A DNA stretch of 64,000 bases, taken from the NCBI RefSeq assembly GCF_011745625.1, contig NW_027191467.1:62001-126000 (forward strand). The letters run 5' to 3'. This DNA comes from Cladosporium halotolerans. Taxonomy: Eukaryota. Both the position numbers and the translations under genes were made by a program. Positions 10,382 through 22,053 of the stretch are shown piece after piece. How positions within the stretch are numbered: the stretch's first letter is position 1; each line of letters starts with the position of its first letter. Below the pieces are notes generated by a model. The model worked only from the letters and a program-made list of their open reading frames with translations, had not been told where the DNA came from and made no database searches.

Positions 10382-11571
10382 ATGACTGATCTCCCTAAGA
10401 CCATGAAGGCCCTGAAGCTGGTTCAGACTGGCAAGGGTGAACTGCAAGAGGTTCCACTGCCGAAGCTCAGAGACGACTACGTCCTGGTCAAAGTCCACGC
10501 TGTAGCACTCAACCCAACCGACTGGTACCGCCACGCCCCTATCCGAGCTTGCCGAAATGCCCACTAACCTCACCCCCTCCCCAGGAAGCACATCCACGTG
10601 GGCGCCCTCGCGGAACAAGGCATCGGTGCCACCGTCGGCTGCGACTACATGGGCACGGTCGTGCAAGTCGGCCCCAAAGTAACCAAGGACTTCAAGCCCG
10701 GCGACCGCATCTCAGGCTTCGCGCACGGCGCCAACGCCGTCCAAAAAGAAGACGGCTGCTTCGCCGAGTACTGCGTGGCCAAAGCGGACGTGCAGATGAA
10801 GGTCCCCGAGAACATCTCGGACGAGGACGCCAGCACGCTCGGCATCGGCATCACGACCGTCGGCCAGGCGCTGTACCAGAAGCTCGGCGTGCCGCTGCCC
10901 GGCGCCGGCGAGAAGGCCAATTACCCGATCCTCATTTACGGCGGCAGCACCGCGACGGGCAGCCTGGCGATCCAGTTCGCGATCCTGTCCGGCTGCCAGG
11001 TCGTCACGACGTGCAGCCCGCGCAACTTCCCCTTCGTCAAGGCGCTCGGCGCCGCGGAGGCGTTCGACTACAACGACCCTGATTGCGCGAAGAAGATCCG
11101 CGAGTTCACGGGCGACAAGCTCACGCGCGCCTTCGATTGCATTTCCGAGGGCGCGTCGCCGAACATCTGCGCGAACTCCATCTCTTCCCAGGGCGGCCAG
11201 GTCCTCTACTTGCTGCCCACTAAGCACGACCGCACCGATGTCGAGAACAAGGTATTTCCCAGCTCCCGACAACAAACAAACTCATCTTTCCCCCTTAACA
11301 CGAATCCCAGGCAACGCTCGGCTACACCTTCATCGGCGAGCACTTCAAGTGGGCCGGCGGCATGGACATGCCCGCGCAGCCCGAGGACTTCGAGTTCGGC
11401 AAGAAGTTCTGGGAGCTGGCGACGAAGCTCGTCGCCAGCCAGCAGATCACCATGCACCCGGCGAAGGTCGGCAAGGGCGGGCTCGTGGGCGTGCTGGACG
11501 GCTTGGAGCAGCTGAGGCAGGGTAAGGTTAGCGGTGTTAAGCTTGTGTACAGGGTTGCGGATACTCCCTGA
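10382..11571 (+). CDS. Zinc-binding-type (MDR) oxidoreductase, enoyl-reductase-like / ToxD-like, 3 exons
   Basis: VAVALNPTDW-K-type motif (VHAVALNPTDW), VGCDYMG, ILIYGGSTATG nucleotide-binding motif, VKALGAAEAFDY, and C-terminal GKVSGVKLVY. Confidence 0.9.
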
Positions 11572-12295
11572 AGGGAAACTAGGTTTTGGGCAGGTTTTTG
11601 GGACGTTGATAACGACATGATCGTTCGAAGAATGAAATTGATGAGCATACAGAAGAAGCACGGAAAGTCTCGCCTGGGCGCTGATCGTCTCAGCCTCACG
11701 CTGCCAGTCCAGCCCCGCAGATGGCCTTACCCGCATTGTTTCTTCGGCTTATGCGCGTATACCGAACTTCCAAAGCGCGGTCTTTGGCAGCCCGCGAGAA
11801 GCTACATGTGCTATGTGGAAAGACCCGCTCTACCACGATACGGCCATATCATGAGTGGCTGTCACATTACAGACGCTTCGCACGCGAAGCTTGATGCCAT
11901 TGCGTCCCCTAATATCCCGCGCGGATGATACAACTGCTCATGAACCTCCGGTGATACAAGCACCGAGTCGGCGGAAAGCCTAGAAGCTTCCAAGAGAGAT
12001 AGGTCAGTTGTAAAGCCTACTATTCGAAACGAGACCCGACTCAAACAAAATCTCATCGGAAGCGGAGGGAGTTGCGCGCGGGTTAGCCGACTTTATTCTT
12101 TAAGCCGCGCCACGAGGCACTGCCTTACGACTACTTCCGCAGCGCAGTATCTCTGGAATCCGAACATATAACTAATAGAGCCTTGCGCTTCTCTTGAGTC
12201 GTTCTTGCTTTCTCCCTTCACTTTTGACTTTGGCCCGACCCGACTAAGATCAATAACTTTTGAATTTAATCTGAAGGACTTAGCACACTCGCGCA

Positions 12296-12626
12296 ATGGA
12301 TCTCGGTGACAGACTGCAGCTAGTCGTTGGTGCCCTCGGCTTAATGCTCACCTCTTTCGGTACCTACGTCACCTGGCATACAGCGAAAGGTATTGCCGCC
12401 GAAAGGCGCCAAGAGTTAGAAGATCAAAGGTTAATGATGCTTTATAGTCGCTTTGAGGAGATGGGATCAGCAGCAGCTTCCATTGCTGCCCTTGCACGAC
12501 ACTCGCGTCCCAGAAACAATCGTGCGATACTTGCCAAACGGCCGAGATCCGCCGATGGACGGTCGCCGCCTGCGCGGCTACCTGTCCGTCATAATTTTGC
12601 TTGTCACTTTCGGACTTGTGTCTTGA
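12296..12626 (+). CDS. Small single-pass membrane protein A (about 90 aa; intron 12390-12447; 3' end uncertain)
   Basis: Exon 1 (94 nt) encodes MDLGDRLQLVVGALGLMLTSFGTYVTWHTAK. A phase-1 intron (GTATTG...TAG) is followed by VALRRWDQQQLPLLPLHDT. Paralogous to the gene at 13723. Confidence 0.55.
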
Positions 12627-13722
12627 CATCGTTTCTACGCTTCGATGTGAAGGTCCGTTCTCTTGATATTTCTACTTCGGTGCGATCACCTCGTGTATCT
12701 GCCAACGTGCTGACGCTTCTACCATGCTAGATCCACTTCGTCTGCGGCCGATTGTTCTCATTTACTGTTTCACCCCAAAGCTTTCTATACTTATACCTTA
12801 CGAGCGTTCTTTCATTTCGTGACACTTTGCGTGGCGTACTCATGGCCATTGTTCCTTAGCAAGTTTTTTCTCCAGGCGGATCGGCTTTGAAGCATGCGGC
12901 ACAAGCGATGGGCCGATCTTGCACACGATTGCGATCAGGTCTGCCGCTCGCCTTGCACTGAGGGCATCCATCTGTGGTTGTATAAATTATTCATCGCAGT
13001 CACGTATACAAAATTACTACAAAACATGAGAAGCTCTTCAGAGAAGTCCCGAGGCGTACCCTTACGCCACCTCTGCGCCACCTCTCAAGTTCCATTCAAG
13101 GGCTTGTGGGGGCAACGCGAGGACGTGTCAGCCCGAGCACATGTCACCCAGCAGTCTCACGCTGCCATACATGCAGAGACAGATCGCGCGTTATTCAAGA
13201 GGCATCAAGGGACAGGCCCATAGAATTGCTCGGCTAGTGATATGACATGACCGGGCTGTCAAGGCACCACTAGAAAGAAAGATCTTGCGGTTTGGCAGGA
13301 GCCGCAATACGTGGGCACAAGCGCGTCGGTAGGTGCCGGACCGGAGGCACTAAAGCAGGAACGCCTTACTGCCAGGCAGCGCACCTTGGATCTGCGGAGT
13401 CCTTAGCGAGATGCCCAGAGCTGCCGCAGCCCAGGCAAATTGTTGTCTCTCTCGCTTGCCAGGGGGCGTGTCAGGGTTCCCTTGCGGCGGGAGTGCGATA
13501 TGATATCGATCGTATTTAAACTCGCCAGACGTACTTGAAATATTCGAAGTTTTTCGAACATGCCACGACGCAACTCTCAAGACAAACGACTAATTCTACC
13601 TCAGACCTAAAAGGCTCGACCTTGGTGCCCTGTGCGAGCGAACTGCTTTGCAATAGTCACCTTGCTCTTGGCTTCCATTCCCCGCTGGCTTCGGCGTACC
13701 ACGCTTCAGCTACAAGGCCACA

Positions 13723-14090
13723 ATGCAGCAGGAAAGCATCTTGCAAGTCCTCTTCGGTATTCTAGGAACCATAATCACAATATTTGGCATTTGGATCGCT
13801 TGGAAAATCGGCAGAGGTACGATCTGAGCGATGGAACTCCCACGGGGCCACGACTGATCGTTATCTGACTTGCGACCTTTTACATAGGCCAGCGCCAACA
13901 AAGGCGGCAACGCAGCCCTTCTCTGCTTCCTACGCACAACACCATTCCATGGCGTTTTGCGAACCGCCCACCGCTACACCAACAAGGTTACTTCTTCATT
14001 GATCACACTGCGACTTCAATCTGGCCCAACAACTGGATTCCTATGACGTTCGCTCTTGAGCCTCGACGCGTTCTCGACGTTTCGGACTGA
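13723..14090 (+). CDS. Small single-pass membrane protein B (about 98 aa; intron 13817-13887)
   Basis: Exon 1 (94 nt) encodes MQQESILQVLFGILGTIITIFGIWIAWKIGR. A phase-1 intron (GTACGA...CTGAC...TAG) is followed by GQRQQRRQRSPSLLPTHNT...VSD*. Absent from the ORF track. Confidence 0.6.
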
Positions 14091-14280
14091 CAGGGGTCGC
14101 GAAGATCGATGAAACGTGGTTTTGATGAGGCAGGGGACATATGATTGTGATTCGGGTGCCAGGTATCGTTACTGAACTTCAGCGCGGGCGTTTGTGTATT
14201 GTGCTTAGGTCGTGCTTGGTCGTGTTGTTTCCCAGTCAACGATAATACCAATAGATGGCGTCCTTCCAGTCCGGTATCCC

Positions 14281-15927
14281 TCAAGCGCTCGTCCTCCTCC
14301 TCATCCTAACCCTCACATCCCCCTCCAACCCCACAACCACATTCCCCGCAAACCCCCTCTTCAACCCCGGAAACCCCTCCGCCCCCATCCCAACACCCAC
14401 CCCATCCGACCTCACAAACTCCACAACCCCCACCTCAAACTCCAAAAGCAACACCGCCACCGCGCCCAGCACCTCCTGCTTCGCGAACGTCCTTCCAGGA
14501 CACATATAGTGCCCTCCGCCGAACGGGAAAAACTTCCCGCCCAGCCCCGCGGTGCTGAACACCAGCTTCCCCGTCTCGGGATCCTCGACCAGGAAGCGCG
14601 CGGGATCGAACGCGTCGGGTTTGGCGAAGTGCGCCGGGTTTCGGTGCGAGAGCCACGAGGGCGCCATGACCATTTCGTTCTTGCGCACTGCGTGCGGGCC
14701 AATTGCCGCGTCGGCGTCGGCTTGGCGCACGATGAGCAGGTCGACGTAGACGCGGAGGACTTCGTGGAAGAGGGAGTTGAGGAAGGGGCGGGAGGCGAGG
14801 AGGGGCACGTCGAGCGAGCCGTCGGGTCTGCGCGCGGACTGGATCTCGTCCATGACCCAGGAGCGCAGCTCGGGCGGGTTCGTGGGCGACAGGATGTGCG
14901 CGAGCATCCAGCCGGCGGCGGGGATGGCGTTCGTCAGGATGCCGCCGAAGAAGATCAGGTCGGCGCTGGCTTGGCCGCGGAGGGTCATTTGCTGCTGCGC
15001 GTAGTATTCGTGGCGCTTGCGCATGACTCTCGCGCCGAAGGTGGGTTCCCAGTCCGGGTCGCTGCCGTCGATGGGCTGGGCGTAGCCGGCGGAGAGCCAT
15101 TGGGAGAGCTTGTCGACTAGGCAGTCGCGGGCTGCGTAGGCGGACCATGCGAATAGTCGGGGCGTGCCGAAGAGCATGCCGATGAGGCCCTCGTCCCAGG
15201 TCCAGAAGTCGCTGCTGATGTCGGGGAACATTTCGAGGAGCTTGGTGCCGCCGAGCGAGACGATCGAAGCGTGGAAGAGTTCCTCGCGCAGCCATTCGTA
15301 CAGATTGACCTCGATACCGTTCTCGCCTGCCTTTACGTTCGAGAGTCTCTGCTGAAAGACCTCGATAAACTTGCTCGTCAAAGTGTTGACAGCCGAAGCC
15401 GACAGCAGCATATTAGAATGGATCCGCTCGGTAGTAAGCGACTCCTTCGGATCCAGATCAGAAGGGAATGCTCTAAGAGCATCGTCTTTCGTCATCCCAA
15501 GCGAGTTCGTCCCCAGCTGACGGTCCAGCTCAAAGCGCGTGAGCGCTCGGCTCTTGAACGTGCTCGCGACGCCATCAGGCGTGGCGATGAAATGCGTCTT
15601 CTTGCCGTTCAGCAAAATTGACACAGCATCGATACCTTTGCGCTGACACTCGGCGAAAACCCATCGCCAGTAGGTGCCAACTTTCTGCGTTGAGAAGGAG
15701 ATCGTCGAGCCGAGGCCAGGTATCGTATATGGGATCACCGGGACAGGGCTCGATTTTCCTTTGGCGGTGTTTTGGGCATTTTGTATGCGAGCGTGATATT
15801 CACGCGTAGTCCAGAGCAAGTTGGCGACAAGGCTGAGGATGACGGCGAGGAGAAGAGCGGCAGCGAGCTGAAGACTACTTCCTGGCCAGGAAGTCCCCGC
15901 TGTGTCAGCCCGCAGATGTGGCTGCAT
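14281..15927 (-). CDS. Cytochrome P450, CYP7/CYP8-like fungal type
   Basis: N-terminal TM anchor, PVIPYTIPGLG hinge, EVLR (ExxR), FDPARF and heme motif FGGGHYMCPGR. First ATG at 15927. Confidence 0.93.
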   Translation of the reverse strand: MQPHLRADTAGTSWPGSSLQLAAALLLAVILSLVANLLWTTREYHARIQNAQNTAKGKSSPVPVIPYTIPGLGSTISFSTQKVGTYWRWVFAECQRKGIDAVSILLNGKKTHFIATPDGVASTFKSRALTRFELDRQLGTNSLGMTKDDALRAFPSDLDPKESLTTERIHSNMLLSASAVNTLTSKFIEVFQQRLSNVKAGENGIEVNLYEWLREELFHASIVSLGGTKLLEMFPDISSDFWTWDEGLIGMLFGTPRLFAWSAYAARDCLVDKLSQWLSAGYAQPIDGSDPDWEPTFGARVMRKRHEYYAQQQMTLRGQASADLIFFGGILTNAIPAAGWMLAHILSPTNPPELRSWVMDEIQSARRPDGSLDVPLLASRPFLNSLFHEVLRVYVDLLIVRQADADAAIGPHAVRKNEMVMAPSWLSHRNPAHFAKPDAFDPARFLVEDPETGKLVFSTAGLGGKFFPFGGGHYMCPGRTFAKQEVLGAVAVLLLEFEVGVVEFVRSDGVGVGMGAEGFPGLKRGFAGNVVVGLEGDVRVRMRRRTSA

Positions 15928-16318
15928 CGCGTTCGGCTGTCGCACCAATGACGTTCGCTCGTGCCTGCACTACCAAGGCGATGTAGCTATCCGCTATACA
16001 CTCAGAGAAGTGAAGTCAGTCGATGGCAGAAATGTTATATTTGGTCACGTTATGGTGGAGTGGCCAAAACGGCCGGACTCCGAAATGCAATCAATGACCT
16101 CAATCATGCACGGCGGAACGTTGAATTGGCCCGAAAGTCTACGTGCACCAACGTGCGAGCGCAACTCCCCCGTCGCCGGGGCCAGTACCAATTGCTTCAT
16201 CTGTAGACTTCTATATTCATGCAGGGAGGACTCGGCCATAAACGCGTTAGAATTCATGTGCTATCTATCCAACCCATGCAAGCCAGGCGGTCCCTCTCTC
16301 TTCACTTCGCTGCTGCCC

Positions 16319-17063
16319 TCAGTTGCTCTCGAGGTCCATCTCCGTCGACGTCGGCCCGTAGCCGCCAGCAGCAGCGACGTCCTCGCGCTGGTAGAGCCAG
16401 CACTCGTCGGAGTCGACCGTCTTGGGGTCGAACTCCCAGATCCTGGCCTCCGCGTTCTTCCACATGTAGTTGGAAGGGCCGGCCGGAGTGCCGGTGATGC
16501 GCCTGAGGACGTCGCCGTGCGCGACGAGCACGATGGTCTGCTCGGGCCTGTTTCTCAGCCACTGGCGCACCCACTTGGCGCGGTTCTGCAGCGAGTCGGC
16601 GTCGGCGGCCCAGAAACCCTGCTTGGAGGTCCATTCGGGGACGAGGAGCTCGAGGTTGAAACCGTTGAATTCGGGCATGTTCTCCAGGACTTGTCGTGGG
16701 CTGCCGGTGTCGCAGGGGTGGGCGTTGCATTCTTGAGCTTGGGGAAGGCAGATGACGTTTTCGATACCGAGTCGTTCGACGGCGGGGCCCCATGCGAGCT
16801 TGGTGGTTTGGAGAGTCCTCTTCAGGGGCGAAGTGACGACGAGTTCGGCTTCGTGCTGGAGCTTCTCGACCTGGGGGGCCATGGCTGCTGCCTGCTTCTT
16901 GCCCAGGGGCGTCAGAGGCGCGTCGAGGACTGCGTGATATGTTAGCGGTGATCGTATGTGGCGGTCGCGGTCACTGTGGTCTTGACGGACTGGTATAATC
17001 CAAGTCAACATTGTGCTCTGCCTGAGCGTGGCGGGTCAGGATAATGCGCGAGTTCGGCGCCAT
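16319..17063 (-). CDS. Histidine phosphatase / phosphoglycerate mutase family protein (1 intron)
   Basis: MAPNSRIILTRHAQAEHN (RHG-like motif) spliced to ILDAPLTPLG...VTSPLKRTLQT...IVLVAHG. Confidence 0.9.
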
Positions 17064-17705
17064 GATTCTTAGTGATTTCAGGTGGCTCTGAAAGTACTGA
17101 GAAGTGCTATGGTGATTATAACTCTGATAGGCACTGGGCGACTTGTTTGCTTGCCTTCTTGACTCAGCCTGCGAGACCGGGGCTTGGCGCTTGGTCGGGG
17201 ATTCTTTTTGTGTTGAAAGTTGGAGACTTTCAATCTGCAGCAGAGCCGCCATCGCCCGCCACGCCTCAGGGTCCGCAGCAGCCTGCGGGCCAATTGTCAT
17301 TCGCGCTTCGGTTAAAATCGCAGAGTCACGCAGATCATGCGATCCACTGACTCTGCCTGCTCGCGAACACGTGCTGCTATTCTTCGTCAGTCATGTATCC
17401 GCGTTCACTACTGAGTCACTGGCCTTTGCCCCTGAAGCGGCTTTTGCCTCAGTACACTGCACGGCATGGATCGCTCCATTCACGAAAGAAAATATATGGA
17501 AATCTTGTGACCGGATAATCCACAGTGTTCTCTCCGATGCAACGATTATTCGGAGGAAAGGATCGAACATGCTTCATCGAGCATGCTTCGCTAATGTTGT
17601 ATGCACTGGAAGTACTCGTCGACTTCCCGCCCTCCGTTTCGACCTCAATGAGTCCGGGGCCATTAGTAGGACCATTGTCTCCAGTGACACTGATCGCATC
17701 AACGA

Positions 17706-19849
17706 TCAGAACAACTTATTCCCATTAGCATCATGCTCCGAATCCCACTTCTCAAGCTCGGCATTCGGCACCTTAACCAGCTGATGCGTAACGGCGCCGT
17801 CCTCCTGGTACACCACTCGCTTCTGCCGAATAGCGTACCCCTTATGCTTTGGAATCAGATAGATCCAGAAGTAGTAATACACTCCGCAAACGCCAATGCT
17901 AAAAGATCGTCGTCAGCTGCATCCCAGCAAAACCCTCCCCTAAAAACAGAACACTCACATCGCAAGCCCCGTAACGCAATACGTCGCGTACCAAAAGCTC
18001 ACCGACCCGCCATTCGCGCCCGTCTTCGGCGGCACCCACGGCATCGCGAGCAGCAGCAGCTTGACGAGGATGAACAGGCCGACGGCGACGTCCCAGGCCT
18101 TGAACTCGGAGCGTTCGATGCCGAGGTTGCGGCGCTGGCGGCGGATCAGGTACAGGCCGACGGCCATGAGGAAGAAGAAGACGGATTCGGGGTAGTTTTG
18201 GAGGTCGACGACTGATGGCTGGCTGTTAGCTGGTGTGCTTGGATTGAGCGAGGAGTGAGGTGTGGTCTGGGGCACTTGCCGAAGTTGAAGGCGTCGCCGG
18301 CGGGCGGTGCGACGATCATGATGACTGTCATTGTCCATTTGAGCAGGTAGGGGCCGATGGGGGTGCCGAAGGGTTTGGTGGTGACCCAGAACTTGGGGTA
18401 TGGCAGCACGCCCTGTCTGCCGATTTCACGGATGACTCTGGACTGGCCGATGAGGACTGTCACGAGGTTTCCGAACGCCGAGAGGATTACCAGGATGTTC
18501 AAGCCCTTGGCAGCCTGGGAACCAAAGACGGCCGTGAAGAAGAGACTGGCGGTAGTTGTGTTCGCCGTCATGATGTCCTCTTTGGGAACTGGCCGAAGGT
18601 CAGCATCAGCCATCCATTAAAAGGGTTTTGTCCTCCACACCAGCTGCAAAGTACGCCACGTTGCAAAGCATGTATAGGATTGCGACCACAAGCAACGAAA
18701 TTGGCGCAGACTTCTTCATAGTTTTGATCGGGTCCTATTGACGACAAGTTCAGTATCACAGTCTTCAAGAAGAGACCGCAGAAAGAGTTACCTTGACTTC
18801 ATTCATGAGATTGAAGCAGTTCTGGAATCCCTGGTAGGAGAACGTGATTCTGACCAGGGCGTTGACTAGTCCGTTGGCGTCACTTGATGTTCCGGCAAAA
18901 GCATCGCGAAAATTTGCAGAAGGATCAGCGATGGAGGTGTTGCCGCCCAGGACTACGAGGCCTGTGATACTGATGCTGATTTGATCAATCAGCCGATGGT
19001 CGCAAGCTGGTTGCGTCTTCCACTTACAAGACTAGAGTCCCGAGTTTAATGAACCCAACGACGTCTGAGAACAACAATGAGAGCCTGTTGCTGGAGATGC
19101 CCACTGCATGGCTGTCAGCTTGTATTTAGACTGGTAAAGGCAATCGAGAACCTTACAAATGACTGCAAGCGTGTAGCCCGCAATAGCAACACCTTTCTGT
19201 TCCCACGCTGTGCCCTCCCGGCCAGCCATGCGGAAGACATAGGTCGCCAGCACTGTCCAATTTCTCATCAGCTATACACCAACGCTAACTACATCCACGG
19301 AAGACTTACCGATAGCATTACTACTGCTAAACGACAAAATCACCGACTGCACAGCGAACGCAACCGGAAAGAAATATCTCGGCCGCGGATACGCCTGCTC
19401 GAGATAAACAACTTCGGCACCAGACCTAGACGGAAAGTACGATCCCAGCTCAAGATACACAGCCAGACCGGCCAACGAGACGACGAATCCAATGAGCCAG
19501 TACATCAGCGACAGGCCAACTGAGCCAGTTCCTTTCAGGATCGAACCAGCTGTACTAGAATCAGCGTTCCGTTCCCCAACTCCATCGTCTGAAAGCAATA
19601 CGCACGCGTCGAAAACACCCCCGTCCCAATCATCTGCCCCAGATTCAAAAAGACGATCGTGAACCACTGCACCCTCGTGCCCAGCGGCGAATGCGCTTCG
19701 ACCGGCGCCCCGCTGGCTTCCTGATACGTCGTTTTGGAGCCGTTCTCTCCCTGCTCAGCGACGAACTCCAGCTTCCCAGTCTTGAAAACCGCCTCGCCGG
19801 CCGGCGAGAGCGTCCGAGCTGTCACGTCGTCCTTTTCGTAGTCTGCCAT
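17706..19849 (-). CDS. APC-family amino acid permease, high-affinity methionine permease (Mup1)-like, multi-exon
   Basis: YQEASGAPVE..SPLG, MIGTGVFST, YLELGSYFPSRSGAEVVYLEQAYPRP, SRVIREIGRQGVLPY, APPAGDAFNF, PWVPP. The last exon ends ...EHDANGNKLF* at 17706. Confidence 0.88.
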
Positions 19850-21220
19850 AGCTGCTGATAGATCCCGGTAGAACGATGAACAAGAACGAAATCAGTCAAA
19901 CTACCTACCATCCTAAGAACACCCGCGCGCTCTCCCTACAGCTCTTATACGACTCCCACCCAACCCCAGCACACCAACCCATCCCTCGCGCGCACGCAAC
20001 CCGCCCCCAGCGCACAATCACCAGCACAGGCCCGCTTGACGCCATATCATGCAAAAACGCACAGCAGTCATCTATCTCTCGAGCGACTGCTGCGGAGTCT
20101 TGGCGACCTTTGCACGCCATATCGCGCTCGCAGCACGTTATCAGCACCTAGGTGGGCATTGCAAGCTCGCGCCTAGAGGGTCGTTTTGACACCTGCTGTG
20201 TTTGGCGGAAGCGCGTGCTGGAGGAGAGGCAGCGTTGCATCGCTAAAGTCTTGAGCGGGCTTGGGAGTTTCTTGGGGTGTTTGGCTGGGGTATGAAGACG
20301 TGCTATAGTAGGTTGGCTCTGGAGGTCTTGGATGCGTCGGGCGCGCAGAGGTAGGGGTTTTAGATGCGCGCTTATCGATAGTGTATATTGTGCTCAATAT
20401 ATACCTTATGCTTGTGAGTTCCGCGCGATTGGCTCGGTTGCTCAGCTTGTCGGTGATGTTGCAGCCGCGAGCGCGTACGGTGTCGGAAGTCTGGAGTCAT
20501 TCCAGGGACAGACAGCGAGCGACTCTGCGACTGCGACAGAGTGAGGTCTGTCAATGAACCAACCTACCATAGAAGATCAGATCATCATGCTGCCGATGGA
20601 GTGAAGCTAGAAACGCGCCCGTCTGAACACCAGATCATGGCCGTCCGCAGCAAGCTGTTCGCATCGATCTCACCTTGCAAAAGGTGAAAAGTGCTGAGAA
20701 ATACAATCGGTGAACAAGTCTGCATTGGGTGGAAGTAAGAATGCTCAACGCGCCTCACACGCGGCAACAGTCGAGATACCAGCGCCTATCTCCCTCCCAC
20801 CTCGTACGAGCAAAATGCGCTCCCTGAAACAAGCAAATCCCAGCAAACTCGCCAAATCCCCCAGCACCGTCGCTGGAAGCAGAAGCGTAAAATAACCACA
20901 AGAAGATCCTCCGCTCAAAGCTGAGATCGTTGTTCAAAGCACGCGCAGAGAAAGATAAGAGGCAGCAAACAGACAAAACTCGTCTATCGCCCCTCCCTTC
21001 GCTAGCGACTTTTGTTCGCACGCCCTCGCACCCGAAAAGTAAAAAATAGCAGAAAAAAAAATCAAGAAACTCCGACGCCATGTAGATGGGTGTACGACAG
21101 AAACGGTCGAGGGTATATGTTGGTGGTTGTTGTTGCATCGATACAAAAGAGATGCGCGGCGTTGCGGTCGGGCGCGTCCTCGAAGGTGTGGCTGGTTGGT
21201 TCTTCGGCCGGCGGGCGCGC

Positions 21221-22053
21221 TCACATGACGGAGCAGGAAGTGCTGTCCTTGTCGCCTTTGGCGTTCTTGACCGTGAGGGCGACGCGCGCGGCCTCGGTGA
21301 AGGCTTCGTTCACGCCGCGGTTCTTCATTGCGGAGCACTCTGTGATGAGGCGTTAGTTAAGGTGTGCTTTGCGCGGGTGGATTTGTCGCGCGCGCGCTGC
21401 GACTTGTGCGCCACAACGTACCCAGGTACCGTAACGCCTTGACCTTCTCCGCGACCGCGAGGCCCTGCTTGTAGTCGATGGTGGGCTTCTTGGGCTCGCG
21501 GCCGTCTTCCCGGTCGTCCTTCTCTTGCTCGCGCAGATCGCACTTGAGCGCGACCAGCACCAGCTTCACGCCGGGACAGTTCTCCGCGATCTCGCCGACC
21601 CATTTGCTTTCCACGTTCTCGAGCGAGTCGGGCGAGTCGACGCTGAAGCAGAGCATGATGGCGTGGGTGTCGTCGTAGGAGAGCGATCGTAAGCGGTCGA
21701 ATTCCTCCTGGCCGGCGGTGTCCCATAGCGAGAGCTCGACATGCGTGTTGTCGATGAAGATGTCGTGGACGTAGTTCTCGAAGACGGTGGGCTCGCTGTG
21801 GGAGGGACTGTCAGGTGACGTGTTATCGGGGTGGAATGTGGAAGCCGCATGCTTACTAGACTGTTGGGAAGTAACCTCTGGTGAAGACATTGAGCAATGA
21901 TGTTTTGCCGCAAGCACCGTCGCCTCTGTACAGCGGGCATTAGCCATGTTGTTCCAGCCTGAGACTTGCATGCGCGGGTGTATGCGCATCCGTAGGGACA
22001 TACAGTAGGACCAGCTTGCGCTGCACGGTCTTCGAGCCTCCGCAAAGCGGCAT
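21221..22053 (-). CDS. RHO3: Rho-family small GTPase Rho3 (4 exons)
   Basis: [51 protein letters not shown]...LSLWDTAGQEEFDRLRSLSY...ALKCDLRE...ECSAMKNRGVNEAF; CAAX box CSVM. Confidence 0.93.
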
